The translations under genes were made by a program, and so were the position numbers. The notes beneath the pieces are model-generated. The model saw only the letters and a program-made list of their open reading frames with translations. It had not been told where the DNA came from and did no database searches. 64,000 nucleotides of DNA from Eledone cirrhosa (Eukaryota). This document shows, one piece after another, positions 1-12,829 of this stretch. Location of the stretch: contig OZ024743.1 of NCBI GenBank assembly GCA_964016885.1, forward strand, positions 53,940,001-54,004,000. The letters are read 5' to 3'. Numbering within the stretch: the stretch's first letter is position 1; every line of letters begins with the position of its first letter.

Positions 1-194
1 CACTACACTTGTGACAATTATTGACACATAGTGCTGGGCCCATGGTACCATGTGACGACAAGTGCAGAGAGATCTCCAGATATAAAGCAATGCCTGTGCC
101 GTGAAGCTTTTATAGTGAGCAAAGGCACTGCACAAAGCCACTCCCACTCTCTTGACCAAGATGATATTTACCAAAAAGAAGAACAACTCAACAT

Positions 195-465
195 CATTGG
201 ATACTATCAGGGCTGCAGGTGTTATATCAGAGTTTTCCTTCTAGAATTCTGCCTTGACAAAGGCTAAGTGTCGATTTTGGATGGCCATTGACTCTTAAGA
301 GCTCCTTCCCTTTGACAGGTTTTGTTTTTAGTCGTGCAGGTTGTGCAGAGTCACCCTCCTCACCAAGAAACCTTGGTGGGTTGCCAGTTTAGTCGCCAAT
401 GATCCCGACGATGGGACAGATTGTAATTGAATACATGTTACCAGTAGCACCAACTGGTGACCTGA

Positions 466-528
<63 letters not shown>

Positions 529-600
529 TACACATACATTTCAACATTTTTTGCCGTTTCAACAGCTAGTTCCAGTCTGAAATTAGCTGTTGAAACGCCA
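195..600 (+). repeat. Dispersed ~400-bp repeat, second copy at ~3590-3981; probable PLE 3' end/pLTR followed by (TA)n and a short foldback
   Basis: Near-identical text (ctagaattctgccttgacaaaggctaag...gccgtttcaacagctagttccagtctgaaattagctgttgaaacgcca) at both loci. Confidence 0.6.
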
Positions 601-769
601 ATATCCCACCCGTTGGCGTCCCGACTCTTTATAATATAACCATACTCTATTACCGCAAGTATCGAGTACTCTTGTGAGTATTCGTCTAATAAGTTTCAAA
701 CTGAATCTATGCTGATTAACACACACACGCACATATACATATATATATATATATATATCTTCTTTCTTG

Positions 770-855
<86 letters not shown>

Positions 856-1574
856 ATATATATTAATATCTACGACTCTCTACGTTGTCTCTGATATGTA
901 ACAGGATATATTGAAGTAAACAGTTATGGTAGATTCAATGTGCAATACGTTGGAATATATTTAAAATTAAAGAAGGCTATTTTAAAATGAAGATCTAATT
1001 AATAATCTATTTTGAAAGCATGTGGTATCAAGCTAGACATGTTTAAAAGCAACTGAGAGTTGATTCAAGCTGGATCAGCAGTATTTTTTGTTAAGAGATT
1101 AATATTTCTAAAGAATTCTTTAATGAATTACATAAAATTAATTCCACTTTCTCATAAATTTCGATGGAGACATAAAACATGTACTTATGTATTACTTAAG
1201 TAAATTCATCTGATATGAATTACAATCATTGAGTATATGTTGTACTAGCAGAGATACCGCACTCTGAGTGTTTTTTTGCTAGTATAACTATGTCTTTCGT
1301 AATATATCACCATATGCAAATGGGTAAAAAAAGCGAAACTATATTTATGACATGAAACAAGCTTACACCAACATATTTCATCTTGCGGTTTATTTCAATT
1401 AGCTATATGTATGGTTGTGTGTGAGAGACAGGAAAATAAAGGAGTTAATCGTCAGAGAAGACCAAGGAAATTCTATTCCCCCCCCCCCCACACACACACA
1501 CTTTCTCTCTTATGCTCACTGAATTTTAGCTTTTAGTATTATATACACACACACACACACACACGCTCACACAC

Positions 1575-1665
<91 letters not shown>

Positions 1666-1779
1666 CTATGTTCATACACGGAACAAAGGCGCTACCCAAT
1701 CTTTCAAGGCCCAAATTTGACCAAACCTCAAAAATATAAGAGCCATCAAATTAGTGGCCTTTCTCCAGGAGCTTATACG

Positions 1780-1866
<87 letters not shown>

Positions 1867-1870
<4 letters not shown>

Positions 1871-2220
1871 GTTATATAGTAAGGTGTATTGTTGGTTGTG
1901 TCAAACGGTCCAATACATTTTTGTTGGCAATATTAAGTTCTCCACGCTCAGTATATCTCCAATTCCATTTGTGGGAACAGCTAGATGATGTAAAACGGAG
2001 TATTTGTATCAAAAAAAGATCCGAAGGCATGGTATAAATCTCCAATCATTATAATCACGCCACATGTTTCAATAAGAGATAGATCGATCCGTTTTACATC
2101 ATCTAGATGTTCCCACAAATGGAATTGGAGATATACTAAAGCGTGGAGAACTTAATATTGGTAACAAAAAATTATTGGACCGTTAGACACAACCAATAAT
2201 ACACCTTACTATATAACAAC

Positions 2221-2221
<1 letters not shown>
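1867..2221. mobile_element. ~355-bp foldback element with ~135-bp inverted arms, between (TA)n and (CA)n
   Basis: 1867-2000 is the reverse complement of ~2086-2221 with a few mismatches. Confidence 0.65.
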
Positions 2222-2296
<75 letters not shown>

Positions 2297-2300
2297 CACA

Positions 2301-2867
2301 TAAGTAAGTTAATTTTTATAATTTTCTTATTTTACGTCTTTCATATAATTGTTCTTCATCCCCTTGCATTGAACCACAAAGTTACTAAGACAAAAGCTAT
2401 ATATTTGCTACCATAGGTATGCATCTGTATAAATATGTTGGTAGATATACTAATTCTTTATAATTATCTCCGAATTATTTTGTTGAGCAAAAATTTGCCA
2501 AAACTGCTACTATAGTTCATAGTAATAGTTCGGCTACTGTCTTCTTAACACCCCACTCCTCACTGATTAACCTCGATGTCACGTGATTGATTCTTTTGAA
2601 TTTGCCACCGACCAAGTAGGCAGTGATTTTTTCAATGTCTTGGAATTTAGTCCACGCTTGCTTTTTTCCATCCACTGAATTATTTTTGTATAAGTTCCCT
2701 GTGTCCACGCATCGCCTGGGAACTTAGCTGAGATTTGACTTCCTGATGACGAAAGGCATTCTCCATGTATTCCATCGGAAACCATATTTATTCCCTTTCA
2801 GAAACTAATTAGTTGGAGTGAAATTTTAGTAAGTAAGTTAATTTTTATAATTTTCTTATTTTACGTC

Positions 2868-2872
<5 letters not shown>
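2301..2872 (+). mobile_element. ~530-bp non-coding partial-tandem repeat carrying an HHR (copy 1)
   Basis: Start repeated at ~2829-2872; homologue at 20277-20941; flanked by (TA)n. Confidence 0.75.
2738..2819 (+). ncRNA. Type I hammerhead ribozyme with long stem II
   Basis: acttc-CTGATGA-c-gaaagg...cctttc-a-GAAA-ctaattag-TT-ggagt; palindromic stem III; predicted cleavage after GUU at 2814. Confidence 0.75.
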
Positions 2873-2914
<42 letters not shown>

Positions 2915-2915
<1 letters not shown>

Positions 2916-3560
2916 ACTATAAAACTAGAAATGTAGTATATAGCATAATATATACTGAAGGACAATGTAGAGATAAGAATATAGTGTACATAGGTGAGGC
3001 AGCTCGTAGTATAGGGGAACGGATAAATGAACACTGGCGAGAGCTTCCAGATAGTAAAGAATCATCTGTACTCCACCAACATGCTGAAATAGAACATAAG
3101 GATAAATTAGAGAACATAGAAATAAAAATAGAATCTACACACAGAAAAGACGCAATGTTTAGACAAATCACAGAAGCAATAAACATAAATGAACTCCAAC
3201 CAAAATTAAATAGAAAACATGAATGGAATAGCAACATCACAACTTACAATTAAGGGCAAAATGAAAACACACACACACATAGAACAAACAACCAACCAGT
3301 AACATGTAAATAAACAAATAAATAAACAAATATAAACACACACAGACACCCAGATGTAACACATGCGCAAACTAAGCACACAACAAAAAGAAGATGGCGT
3401 AAGACAGAAAAAAGGAGAGGCACAAAAGCAAAGAAAAGAATCCCCTGTCACTGAAGAGGTCACAGAATGTGTGACGAAAGAACTTTGACAATATATGAAC
3501 AATCGTCTGGTTGTGGAACCAACCAACCAACCGGAAATTTATAAATTCCTAAATTTATAA
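2915..3560 (+). mobile_element. Penelope-like element 3' fragment (GIY-YIG plus pLTR), Naiad-like family
   Basis: NVVYSI...YIGEAARSIGERINEH...EA..I....PKLNRKHEW; homologous to 45475-46110. Confidence 0.8.
3446..3490 (+). ncRNA. Minimal type I hammerhead in PLE pLTR
   Basis: tgtca-CTGAAGA-g-gtcaca..tgtgac-GAAA-gaac-TT-tgaca. Confidence 0.65.
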
Positions 3561-3981
3561 ATTTAATTTATAATAAGCCAGGTGGATACTATCAGGTGGA
3601 TACTATCAGGTTTGCAGGTATTATATCAGAGTTTTCCTTCTCCTAGAATTCTGCCTTGACAAAGGCTAAGGGGTCATCTCTCCTGGTGATTTTGGATGGC
3701 CATTGACTCTTAAGAGATCCTTTGCCCTTTGACAGGTTTTGTTTTTAGTCCTGCATGATGTCCAAAGTCATCCTCCTCACCAAGAAACCTTGGTGGGGTT
3801 GCCAGTTTAGTCGCCAATGACCCGACGATGGGACAGGTTGTACTGGAATACATGTTACTAGTAGCACCAACTGGTGACCTAACAACATATATATATATAT
3901 ATACACACATACACATACATTTCAACATTTTTTGCCGTTTCAATAGCTAGTTCCAGTCTGAAACTAGTTGTTGAAACGCCA

Positions 3982-5240
3982 TCTATGTCTAGCCCTATCT
4001 AAGCTATTCCATGATTTGCTCCTGTATAATGGGCAAATTCCTTTCATGTCCAGTTCTATGAGGGTCTTATACTTCTCCATGGCTCCTTCGTATACTCTGA
4101 CTCTGTCTCTTTGGTTGTAGCCAGAGAACTGCATGCGGTTGATGAAGTGTTGGATGTGTCTTTCCATTTCTGTTGGGTCGCACATGCGGGACACATTCTT
4201 CATCACTCGTACCAAATCTGCGATCAGAATATTAAACTTAGCACTACTGGACATTACTGAGTTTTTGAGTATCAGGTATTTGGAGGCCATGGGTTTAGCA
4301 TAGTGTGAGTGGAGAATTTGGGCTCTCTCTTCTATAGTGTTAATCCAGAGTTCCGTGTCTAATACAGGTAGTCTTTTGTTAGGGTGTTTGGAAGGGAAGT
4401 CGATAGTTACAGTTATACTCTGGTGTATGGAATTAGCTATCTGCTGGATGCTTTCCATTGTGCTACGTTCTAAATCAAACTTGTTAGTGCTCTCTAGTGG
4501 GGGTGTTCTTATAACTATATTGATATCGTCTACATAACGAGAGTACATGATGAGGTCTATGGAGCTCTCATTAAGGAGATCTTTAAGTCTCCTTTCCCAC
4601 CATACCATGAAAAGGTTGGCAACATCACCAGCTATGCTGACGCCAATGGCTGCTCCCTCATTTTGGGTGTAGATCTTCTCGTTGAACTTAAATATGTGGC
4701 CCTTTAGGGTAGTTTTGATACTAGCCCCTATTGCATGTGCGACCATTTTTCTTACCTGATCATTGTTTTGGGGGGTCCGTATAGCTTTGGTCCACCCAAT
4801 CCACCTTCCCATGGGAGTCTTTTTTGCCATTGAGGTTATGGTGGGGGGTCTACCTCTTATGGGTCTACTAGGGCAGAAACGTCTAAGGTCATGGCTGTCT
4901 AGGTAGTCAGTGTCGTAGGTAAGTCTAAGTAGGAGGCCCAGTTCGTCTGTGTCGACGTCGCAGAACTCCACCTCATTCTCAATGATCATCTCCACACATT
5001 TTTTCACAGCAAAATCAATGTTAATGGATGGGTACAGTGACACCACATCCATGCTGCCTATTATACAGTTGGATAGGTTCCTGTTTTTGTTGCACTCACT
5101 GATTCCGCTGAGGAGGTCCTCTGTACTGTCACATACATCTGGGGACATCTTGATTATGGGGCGTATAACCACTGAGAGGAAGTAGGAGATCCTGTAGTTA
5201 CTAGCTATATTAGCTCCGCATACGGGTCTTGTTGGTGGTA
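3982..5240 (-). pseudogene. Penelope-like reverse transcriptase fragment (YVDD type, Naiad-like)
   Basis: ORF 3964..5274: RPVCGA, SMDVVSLYPSI, YTQNEGAAIG, YSRYVDD, LPVLDTELW; truncated at both ends; same family as 53209..53781. Confidence 0.88.
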
Positions 5241-5647
5241 TATATATATCTAAATCAAGAAAGAAGAGTGACATGGTTTGCTATACAGTAAGGGCTCTAT
5301 TCACATTGCTGACAATTGTTTCTCTGAACTGGTAGGTCTAGAGATCGCTACCCGCCTGGTTTGCGTCAATCGATCACCAATACTTTGTTATAACCAGTCT
5401 ATTCGTCAGAGCATGCGAGAATGAAGGAAATACACAGGCATGGCTTCTATATATAATAGTGGCATTAAATCAGAACAATAATAACGATACTCAAATAAAT
5501 TAGGTAATAAATAGTTAAAATAATCACAACATTAATCTAAGAAAGAAATAGAGTATACTGGTGACTTTAGCATGTAAAACGAGCTGATACGAAACAGATG
5601 TATGAAATTGACATGTAAAAGCTGTCATGGGGTATATTATATATAGT

Positions 5648-5823
5648 TGTTTCTACTTTTGGCACAAGGCCAGCAAATACTCAGTACATTGCATTTTATC
5701 GACTCCGTAAGGATGAAAGGAAAAGTTGACCTCGACGGGATTTGAACTCAGACCATAAAGGGACGTAACTATGCTGGAAAGCATGGCGTGCGACCTTCCT
5801 CCGATACTGCCAATTCACCACTC
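5648..5823 (-). mobile_element. tRNA-derived SINE (Deu/Nin-like core) with 15-bp TSD
   Basis: B box GAGTTCAAATCC, core tttcatccttacgg..tcgataaaat; TSD tatattatatatagt at 5633-5647 and 5824-5838; absent from the sister arm near 8851. Confidence 0.85.
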
Positions 5824-6456
5824 TATATTATATATAGTGTAGAGATAACCTGGGGCTTGGAATAATGGACCATTCACTTTACTGTAGGTTTGCTGACCGT
5901 AAGATTTATTTATTATCTGACAGATAAAATATTTTCATTGTAGTGAGGATGGTAATCTTTATGTGGTGTAAAGCGGATTCATTATGTAAGTGGTCTATAT
6001 TAGATGAAGGGACTGTTAGTTCGAATCATGGGGGTTGTTTAGCTTTCACAGGTCCAATAACAAATCATGCATGAATAAGACAGCAATAATATAGGTAATA
6101 AGGTAATACAGAGGTTAAGAAAGCAAGGTATATATATAGAGAACATGATGAATACTATTATGGACACATTGGTGTGTTCATTATAACAACAGGAGGACGG
6201 TGATATTTCAAGGACTGTGGTAGTAGTCAAATAATGTACTTAGAATTAAGTTCATCTGTTGAAGATCAAGAGTGAGGGGGTGGTGTTGACAGCAGCCGAG
6301 AAGAGATATCTTTATGGGTTGATGAGATGTTTGCAGACATTACTGTGGGATAGAATTAAGGAGGCTAGAAGCTGTTTAAAGAATATTATAGTTCGGTGGT
6401 GGTCTGTGCGAGAGTGCGGATTTCATATGTTGAATGCTAAGTTATGTTGGTTCGAA

Positions 6457-8518
6457 TCACGGTGGCTTAAATCTAGTGAATTTAGCAGCGATCCTGTGTC
6501 TGCAGAAAATTGACCTTTCTATTTTGTTGTTGAGTAGTCTTTTATCGTTCTTAAGGATATACAGTAATTCAAGGTCGCAGAGCCTACAATAGGACATACC
6601 GGTAGTGTATGCCCTTGCGGCCGACAACCTCGACCAGTTGATATTGTAGTCGATGTTTTTTTCCTTAAGTTCCCAGATTTTTTTGGCGAGGGTTGTAGAA
6701 CCTATTAGTGCACGGTTCTTCATCGAATGTCTGTGCACATACCATCTTCTTTTAAACGTACCCGCGGTGGATCCAATGTAATGCCAAGTGGAGTTGCCCG
6801 AGTTCACCGTACACATGTACACTAGGCTCGAATCAAGGCACATGTTCGCCAATGGGCACCTATCTGGTAGGTGACAATTGCAGTTTGAGGTGTTATTCCG
6901 TGCAGCTTCTACACTGCTGTTTTGTACACTGCTGTAAGTGGGTTGTGATTTATGCCCGTTGAGGTTTTGCTGCGGCGCGCTCATATGCGTTTGCGGTTGT
7001 GATACGGTGATGTGTTTATGTTTAGAATTTGGTGCTATGTTGCGCATAGGTGGGGTGGTTTCCCTAGAGGTATTTCTGTGGTTGATCTTGCGTATGTGGG
7101 ATTTTATATTTGCAGCCGTAGAGTATGAGAGTTTTATAGTTTTTCTATTGAGAATTTTATATCTATGTGATATAGGGAAGTACTTATCTATTAGTTTAAA
7201 AAACGTAGAAGGTAGTCTAGTTTTTAGAGAGGAGTTGAAGATTGGATTAAACCACAGGTATTTTCTTTCTCTAATTCTTCTATAGTTTCTAGGATTTACA
7301 TTATTCGTGTTTGGACCACCTACTCTAGGTGCTATTTGTCTACCTCTATGTCTAGTCCGGTTACCTCTATTTTTGTGTAAGCAGTTGGTGCCAGTGTTAG
7401 TGGGTTTGTTTGAGTTGTCCTTATCCGTTATAAACTGTAGCTTTTCTTTGTGTCCGGCCCTATGTAATACCGCGTTAAAATAGTCAGCATGCTCATTAAA
7501 AATTTCTAGGTTTGAGGATAAGTGGGATATTCTAAGGGATATACTACGTGCTATGGATCTGATTATGGATCGGGGGTGGTTTGAGTTATAACTAATGTAG
7601 GCCAGATTTTCATTATTTTTGTGGAAGGGTTCTATTAATCCCGTATTTAGATTTAGAGTCACATCTAGAAAGTTTGCCTTTTTATGATTCAGTTCTTAGG
7701 CCTAGTTTTTTGAAGAATGTTCTAATGTTTTTTCTTAATCTTTCTATGCTCTGGTTATTTAAGTTCCTAGCTATAAGGAGCGTGTCATCTCTATAAATTC
7801 CTCCTTGGTGGTTACTGAATTCTTTATGTAGGTTGTGTGCTATAAATAACTCCACGACGTCAGTGATTTGCGCTGAATCGTTCGATCCCATTGTGATATC
7901 GAAGCTGTTTATCCTATCTTTTTTTACCCAATAGCTATTTTCAAATGTTATGATAGTCCTTCTAGCAGCTAGAATTATTTTAATTACATCAGGGATAAGA
8001 TCGGAGTTATTTTTGGCAAATATAAGCGCTTTATCTAGTGTGGGTGGGGATATGGATGCGTAGTAATTGTTTATATCGAATTGTATGAAATTACTTGCTT
8101 CTCTATTTCCTATTTTACTGAACCATTCAATCGCTTCGTTACTGTTAAATAAATTGATTTCTAGTTTTCCCTTTATTTGTGCGATTACCCTATCTAGAAT
8201 ATTCTTGCTAATTTTACCTATATCCGACTTAGATGGGTATATTAATCTGATAGTAGGATTTGCTTCAAAAATATTTTTGTGATCCTTAAGGTTAAATGTG
8301 GGGTTGCAAGGGGTTAGAGGCTCGGTTCTATCGGATATTCCGAGTTTATTTACTATCCTAAGACCCTCCTTATTAATACTGGTGAGTGTGGATTCATTTG
8401 TTTTTTTATATTTTTTGTGTAGTTCACGCTGAATGAAATTATTGTATGTGTTAAGGTCCATAGAATATACGTTTGATGTTTTGTCCGCCTTTACTATGAT
8501 ACCGTTGGAATAGACCAC
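6457..8518 (-). pseudogene. PLE RT plus GIY-YIG polyprotein, frameshifted near 7670
   Basis: KADKTSN, LKDHK, FIQFDINNYY, FDITMGS, GIYRDD; CNC-x5-C, LVY..YIGST, CRLC. Confidence 0.88.
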
Positions 8519-8521
8519 TTA

Positions 8522-8700
8522 AATAATTGTTTCTACTTTTGACACAAGGCCAGCAAATATCCCAGTGTATTACTGGTACTTTATTTTATCGACCCCGTAA
8601 GGATGAAAGGCAAAGTTAACCTCGGCAGGATTTGAACTCAGACCATAAAGGGCCGTAACTCTATGCTGCAAGGCATGGTGTCTGGCTCTCTACCGAGACT
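8522..8700 (-). mobile_element. tRNA-derived SINE (Deu/Nin-like family)
   Basis: Same core and tail as 5648-5823. Confidence 0.85.
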
Positions 8701-9430
8701 TACAATGAATCCGCTTTACACCACATAAAGATTACCATCCTCACTACAATGAAAATATTTTATCTGTCAGATAATAAATAAATCTTACGGTCAGCAAACC
8801 TACAGTAAAGTAAATGGTTCATTATTCCAAGCCACAGGTTATCTCTACACTATATATAATATACCCATGACAGCTTTTACATGTCAATTTCATACATCTG
8901 TTTCGTATCCGCTCGTTTTACATGCTAAAGTCATCAGTATACTCTATTTCTTACTTAGATTAATGTTGTGATTATTTTAAATATTTACTAGCTAATTTAT
9001 TTGAGTATCGTTATTATTTTTCTGATTTAATGCCACTACCATATATAGGAGCTATGCCTGTGTATTTCCTTCATTCTCGCATGCTCTGGCGAATAGACTG
9101 GTTATAACAAAGTATTGGTGAACAAATTGATGCAAAAACAGGCGGGTAGCGATCTCTAGACCTACCAGTTCAGAGAAACAATTGTCAGCAATGTGAATAA
9201 AGCCCTTATTGTATAGCAAACCATGTCATTCTTCTTTCTTGATTTATTATTACTCCAAGTGTAAGCTACATAGAAATCACCACGTACTCGCAGCATCACT
9301 ATGGAAACGTCTTGTTGAGTCAAACTTAGCCAAGCGTTAATACTATCCACTACTCGAAATACCCTAACTGGACTACATCTAAGTGGACTACCTATAACAA
9401 TAATTTGTTATCCCGTATATATGTATATAC

Positions 9431-9465
<35 letters not shown>

Positions 9466-9466
9466 C

Positions 9467-9551
<85 letters not shown>

Positions 9552-9817
9552 AACGTAAAAAATGAAACAAAATTTCATTTCCCACTCTTAGTACGGCTGT
9601 TACTTAAATATAAGTATGTACACGTACATACATATATATGTATACAGACGTACAGTAGTATGTATATTTATATACATACATGCACACATATATATATGTA
9701 CGTATGGATTCACCGAACATTTATTATAATGCTCGGTGTGTTTGTAAACAAACATCCCGTATTAAGCCGTTGTGTCTAGCAACCATCGTTGCTCGTTTGT
9801 TCAACACTGACAAAGGA

Positions 9818-9860
9818 ACGCTGTACTAGTTTCAAGCTTATTAGCTATCGTCAGCAACGT
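9818..9860 (-). ncRNA. Minimal type I hammerhead (inverted copy)
   Basis: Reverse complement of 10055-10097. Confidence 0.78.
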
Positions 9861-10054
9861 AAATCTTCCTGCCTTATACTTATATTTAAGTAACAGCCGT
9901 ACTAAGAGTGGGAAATGAAATTTTGTTTCACTTTTTACGTTTATCGTTTTCGGTGCACCCGGCCGATTAACCCACTCGATATGCAAATTGGGCTACTCAG
10001 CCGTTAATATGCATAAGGTAAGTATATACGTTCAACAATCTGGCAGGAAGGTAT

Positions 10055-10097
10055 ACGTTGCTGACGATAGCTAATAAGCTTGAAACTAGTACAGCGT
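10055..10097 (+). ncRNA. Minimal type I hammerhead
   Basis: acgttg-CTGACGA-t-agct-aata-agct-t-GAAA-ctag-TA-cagcgt; stem I extends to 10030-10116. Confidence 0.8.
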
Positions 10098-10474
10098 TCC
10101 TTTGTCAGTGTTGAACAAACGAGCAGCGATGGTTGCTAGACACTACGGCTTAATACGGGATGCTTGTTTACAAACACACCGAGCATTATAATAAATGTTC
10201 GGTGAATCCATACGTACATATATATATGTGTGCATGTATGTATATAAATATACATACTACTGTACGTCTGTATACATATATGTATGTACGTGTACATACT
10301 TATATTTAAGTAACAGCCGTACTAAGAGTGGGAAATGAAATTTTGTTTCATCTTTTACGTTTATCGTTTTCGGTGCACCCGGCCGATTAACCCACTCGAT
10401 ATGCAAATTGGGCTACTCAGCCGTTAATATGCATAAGGTAAGTATATACGTTCAACAATCTGGCAGGAAGGTAT

Positions 10475-10517
10475 ACGTTGCTGACGATAGCTAATAAGCT
10501 TGAAACTAGTACAGCGT
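10475..10517 (+). ncRNA. Minimal type I hammerhead (second tandem unit)
   Basis: Identical to 10055-10097, 420 nt downstream. Confidence 0.8.
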
Positions 10518-10718
10518 TCCTTTGTCAGTGTTGAACAAACGAGCAACGATGGTTGCTAGACACTACGGCTTAATACGGGATGCTTGTTTACAAACACACC
10601 GAGCATTATAATAAATGTTCGGTGAATCCATACGTACATATATATATGTGTGCATGTATGTATATAAATATACATACTACTGTACGTCTGTATACATATA
10701 TGTATGTACGTGCACATA

Positions 10719-10785
<67 letters not shown>

Positions 10786-11327
10786 CAATCACAACTAAAG
10801 CAACTTTGGTGCACCGCCTTGAATAGTTTTTGTTCATTGTGTTTTTGTAGAAAAGGTGTGTCGACTACGTGTGTACACAACTGTGTGCCCCCCCCTCTGT
10901 ATGAATTACAAGTTGTAAAACTGCTACCGCCTCTCTAGTAAAGGAGACACTCGGTGAAATATAATTGCTACCTATATCACTACCTACACACACTCACACA
11001 AAAACACATATATGTGTGTATTTGTATGGATATGTGTATCTGTGTCTGTACGTACGTACGTCTGTATTATGTACCCGCATAGTCATGCGAGATGCTTGCA
11101 CTTTAATACATGTCAGATTTAATGTTCCCGGCGGGGTGGGCAGTCGACCATCCTGTCTCATTTGTTTCCAATAGAGAAGAGATGACAATATCAGTCAGCT
11201 GCAATAAACCATATTATCAAAGGGAGCTATCAAATTTCTCCTTTTCTCCCTTTCTTGTAATATACGACGCTGTTGCTAACTTAACCGGAAGTGATTCTCA
11301 AAGGAAACACTACCAACGTCTTTTGTG

Positions 11328-11620
11328 GAGACGCATGGCATAGTGGTTGGTGCTTTCGGCGTGCGATCGTTAGGTCATGAGTTCGAGTTCTCGGTGGTGA
11401 GTTGCTCAAGTCAATTCAGCTGAAAGAAAAAATGTGTCATACGTGTGCCTGTTTATTCAAAGCGCCAGTCACACATTGCGTCATGTTGAATCTCCCTGAG
11501 AATTGCTTTAAGCGTACACGTGTCTGTCGAATGCTCAGCTATCTTCACGTTAACTTAACGATCAAGCTATTTCGTTCATCGAACCAACTGGAATACTTGT
11601 CATCGAAACGGATGGACGTT
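11328..11620 (+). mobile_element. tRNA-derived SINE of a second family (related pieces at ~12930-13340, 15113-15300, 15720-16300, 30550-30740, 44860-45040, 57700-57975)
   Basis: A box tggcatagtgg, B box gagttcgagttc; related copies carry the CORE-like motif gttgtgtccttgagcaagacactt. Confidence 0.65.
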
Positions 11621-12792
11621 CAATGATCCCCTCATCATCCAAACTTGAGGATTTTTTTTTCACCCATTCCCTAATTTATTGATTCAGCTTCTTGCTTGGG
11701 GAATTTGGGGTAATTTTTTCGCTACGATTCTTTGTTGTATTATATATTTTTCTTTGTTATTTTTCTTTCTATCTTTATTTATTTAACTATTTCTTTGTTG
11801 TTGTGTTTCATTTTAATGATGTTTAAAAAAGAATAGAAAAGAAAAACACAATGACGTTGTTTATAACAGTCAACCCTTTTGATTGCCGGGGTAGACAATA
11901 GCAAGTTCTTTTGTCTTTAAGAGAAGCTTGAGAGCGGTTTAACCTTCAACCCAGCCCTTATATGTCTTATTAGAAAATTGCCACGCCCACTCGGTTTCAA
12001 GCAGAGCAGGGTGTATAATCGTTTTTCACAGATTCAACTCAATGTTTCAACCTTTCCTTAACTTCTCACTGTTTGTTGTTGTTGTTTTTCATTTACTTGG
12101 CTATTGTGGTTTGATTTCTTCATTTCGTGTCAGCATATCGTGTCATCGTTTCTTTACGCTATTTATTGTCACCACTGTTGCATAATTTTCCATCATTTCC
12201 TTCCCCTTCTCTTTTTACCATCAACATCATTCTCATCATCATTAATCATTCTTTTGTTCTACATTTTATTATTTCACTACTACTACTACACAAACTATTA
12301 CAATCTACCAGCATTATAGTTTTAGTAGTATATTTTACACATCCTACAGATCACACTAGAGTGAATAGTATTTCTAATGAATTATATTGTTTGGAACATT
12401 AGTCATGTAAGGACGAACTCTTTAGAAGCTTTATTTTGTCTAACTTTAAGTGTTTCAGCAGTCATTGTCATATGTTAGAACTTTAACAGAAACTTGTGAA
12501 TATATATACATGTACCAAAATATTGAGAATGACTATTTAAGAAAGTCTTTAAAGATTTCTCGTTAACTGTTCAATATATTGGCCTTCTCTGTGCTGCATT
12601 ACTGACATCACTATATGCCATTTATGTATGTTCTCTACTTTTCCATTACATGATGTACACGATCATATCTTTTAGCCTCCATATATACTAGACAATGCAG
12701 TGAAACTATTTTCTTTTAATCCGGACGAGGCCGTGGTTCGCTTATCTTTGTTTGAATCTTCCTTGTCATTCCTATATAGATTTTTGTTTGTT

Positions 12793-12829
<37 letters not shown>

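Larger units (their letters stand above)
5251..9246 (-). mobile_element. 5'-truncated Penelope-like element (Hydra-like) with inverted pLTR copy
   Basis: 5251-5990 is the reverse complement of ~8700-9246; RT and GIY-YIG ORFs lie between the arms. Confidence 0.85.
9551..10721 (+). mobile_element. Retrozyme-like non-coding element: two 420-bp tandem units (9876-10721) plus an inverted partial unit (9551-9873), within (TA)n
   Basis: Exact 420-nt periodicity, near-identical units, one HHR per unit. Confidence 0.8.

Noticed and set aside
248-305. UUGACAA-type HHR variant in the 195-600 repeat
   Set aside because: GAAA is absent in both copies
9112-9193. Possible HHR at the end of the first Hydra-like PLE (gaaacaattgtc)
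   Set aside because: 5' core is degenerate in both arms
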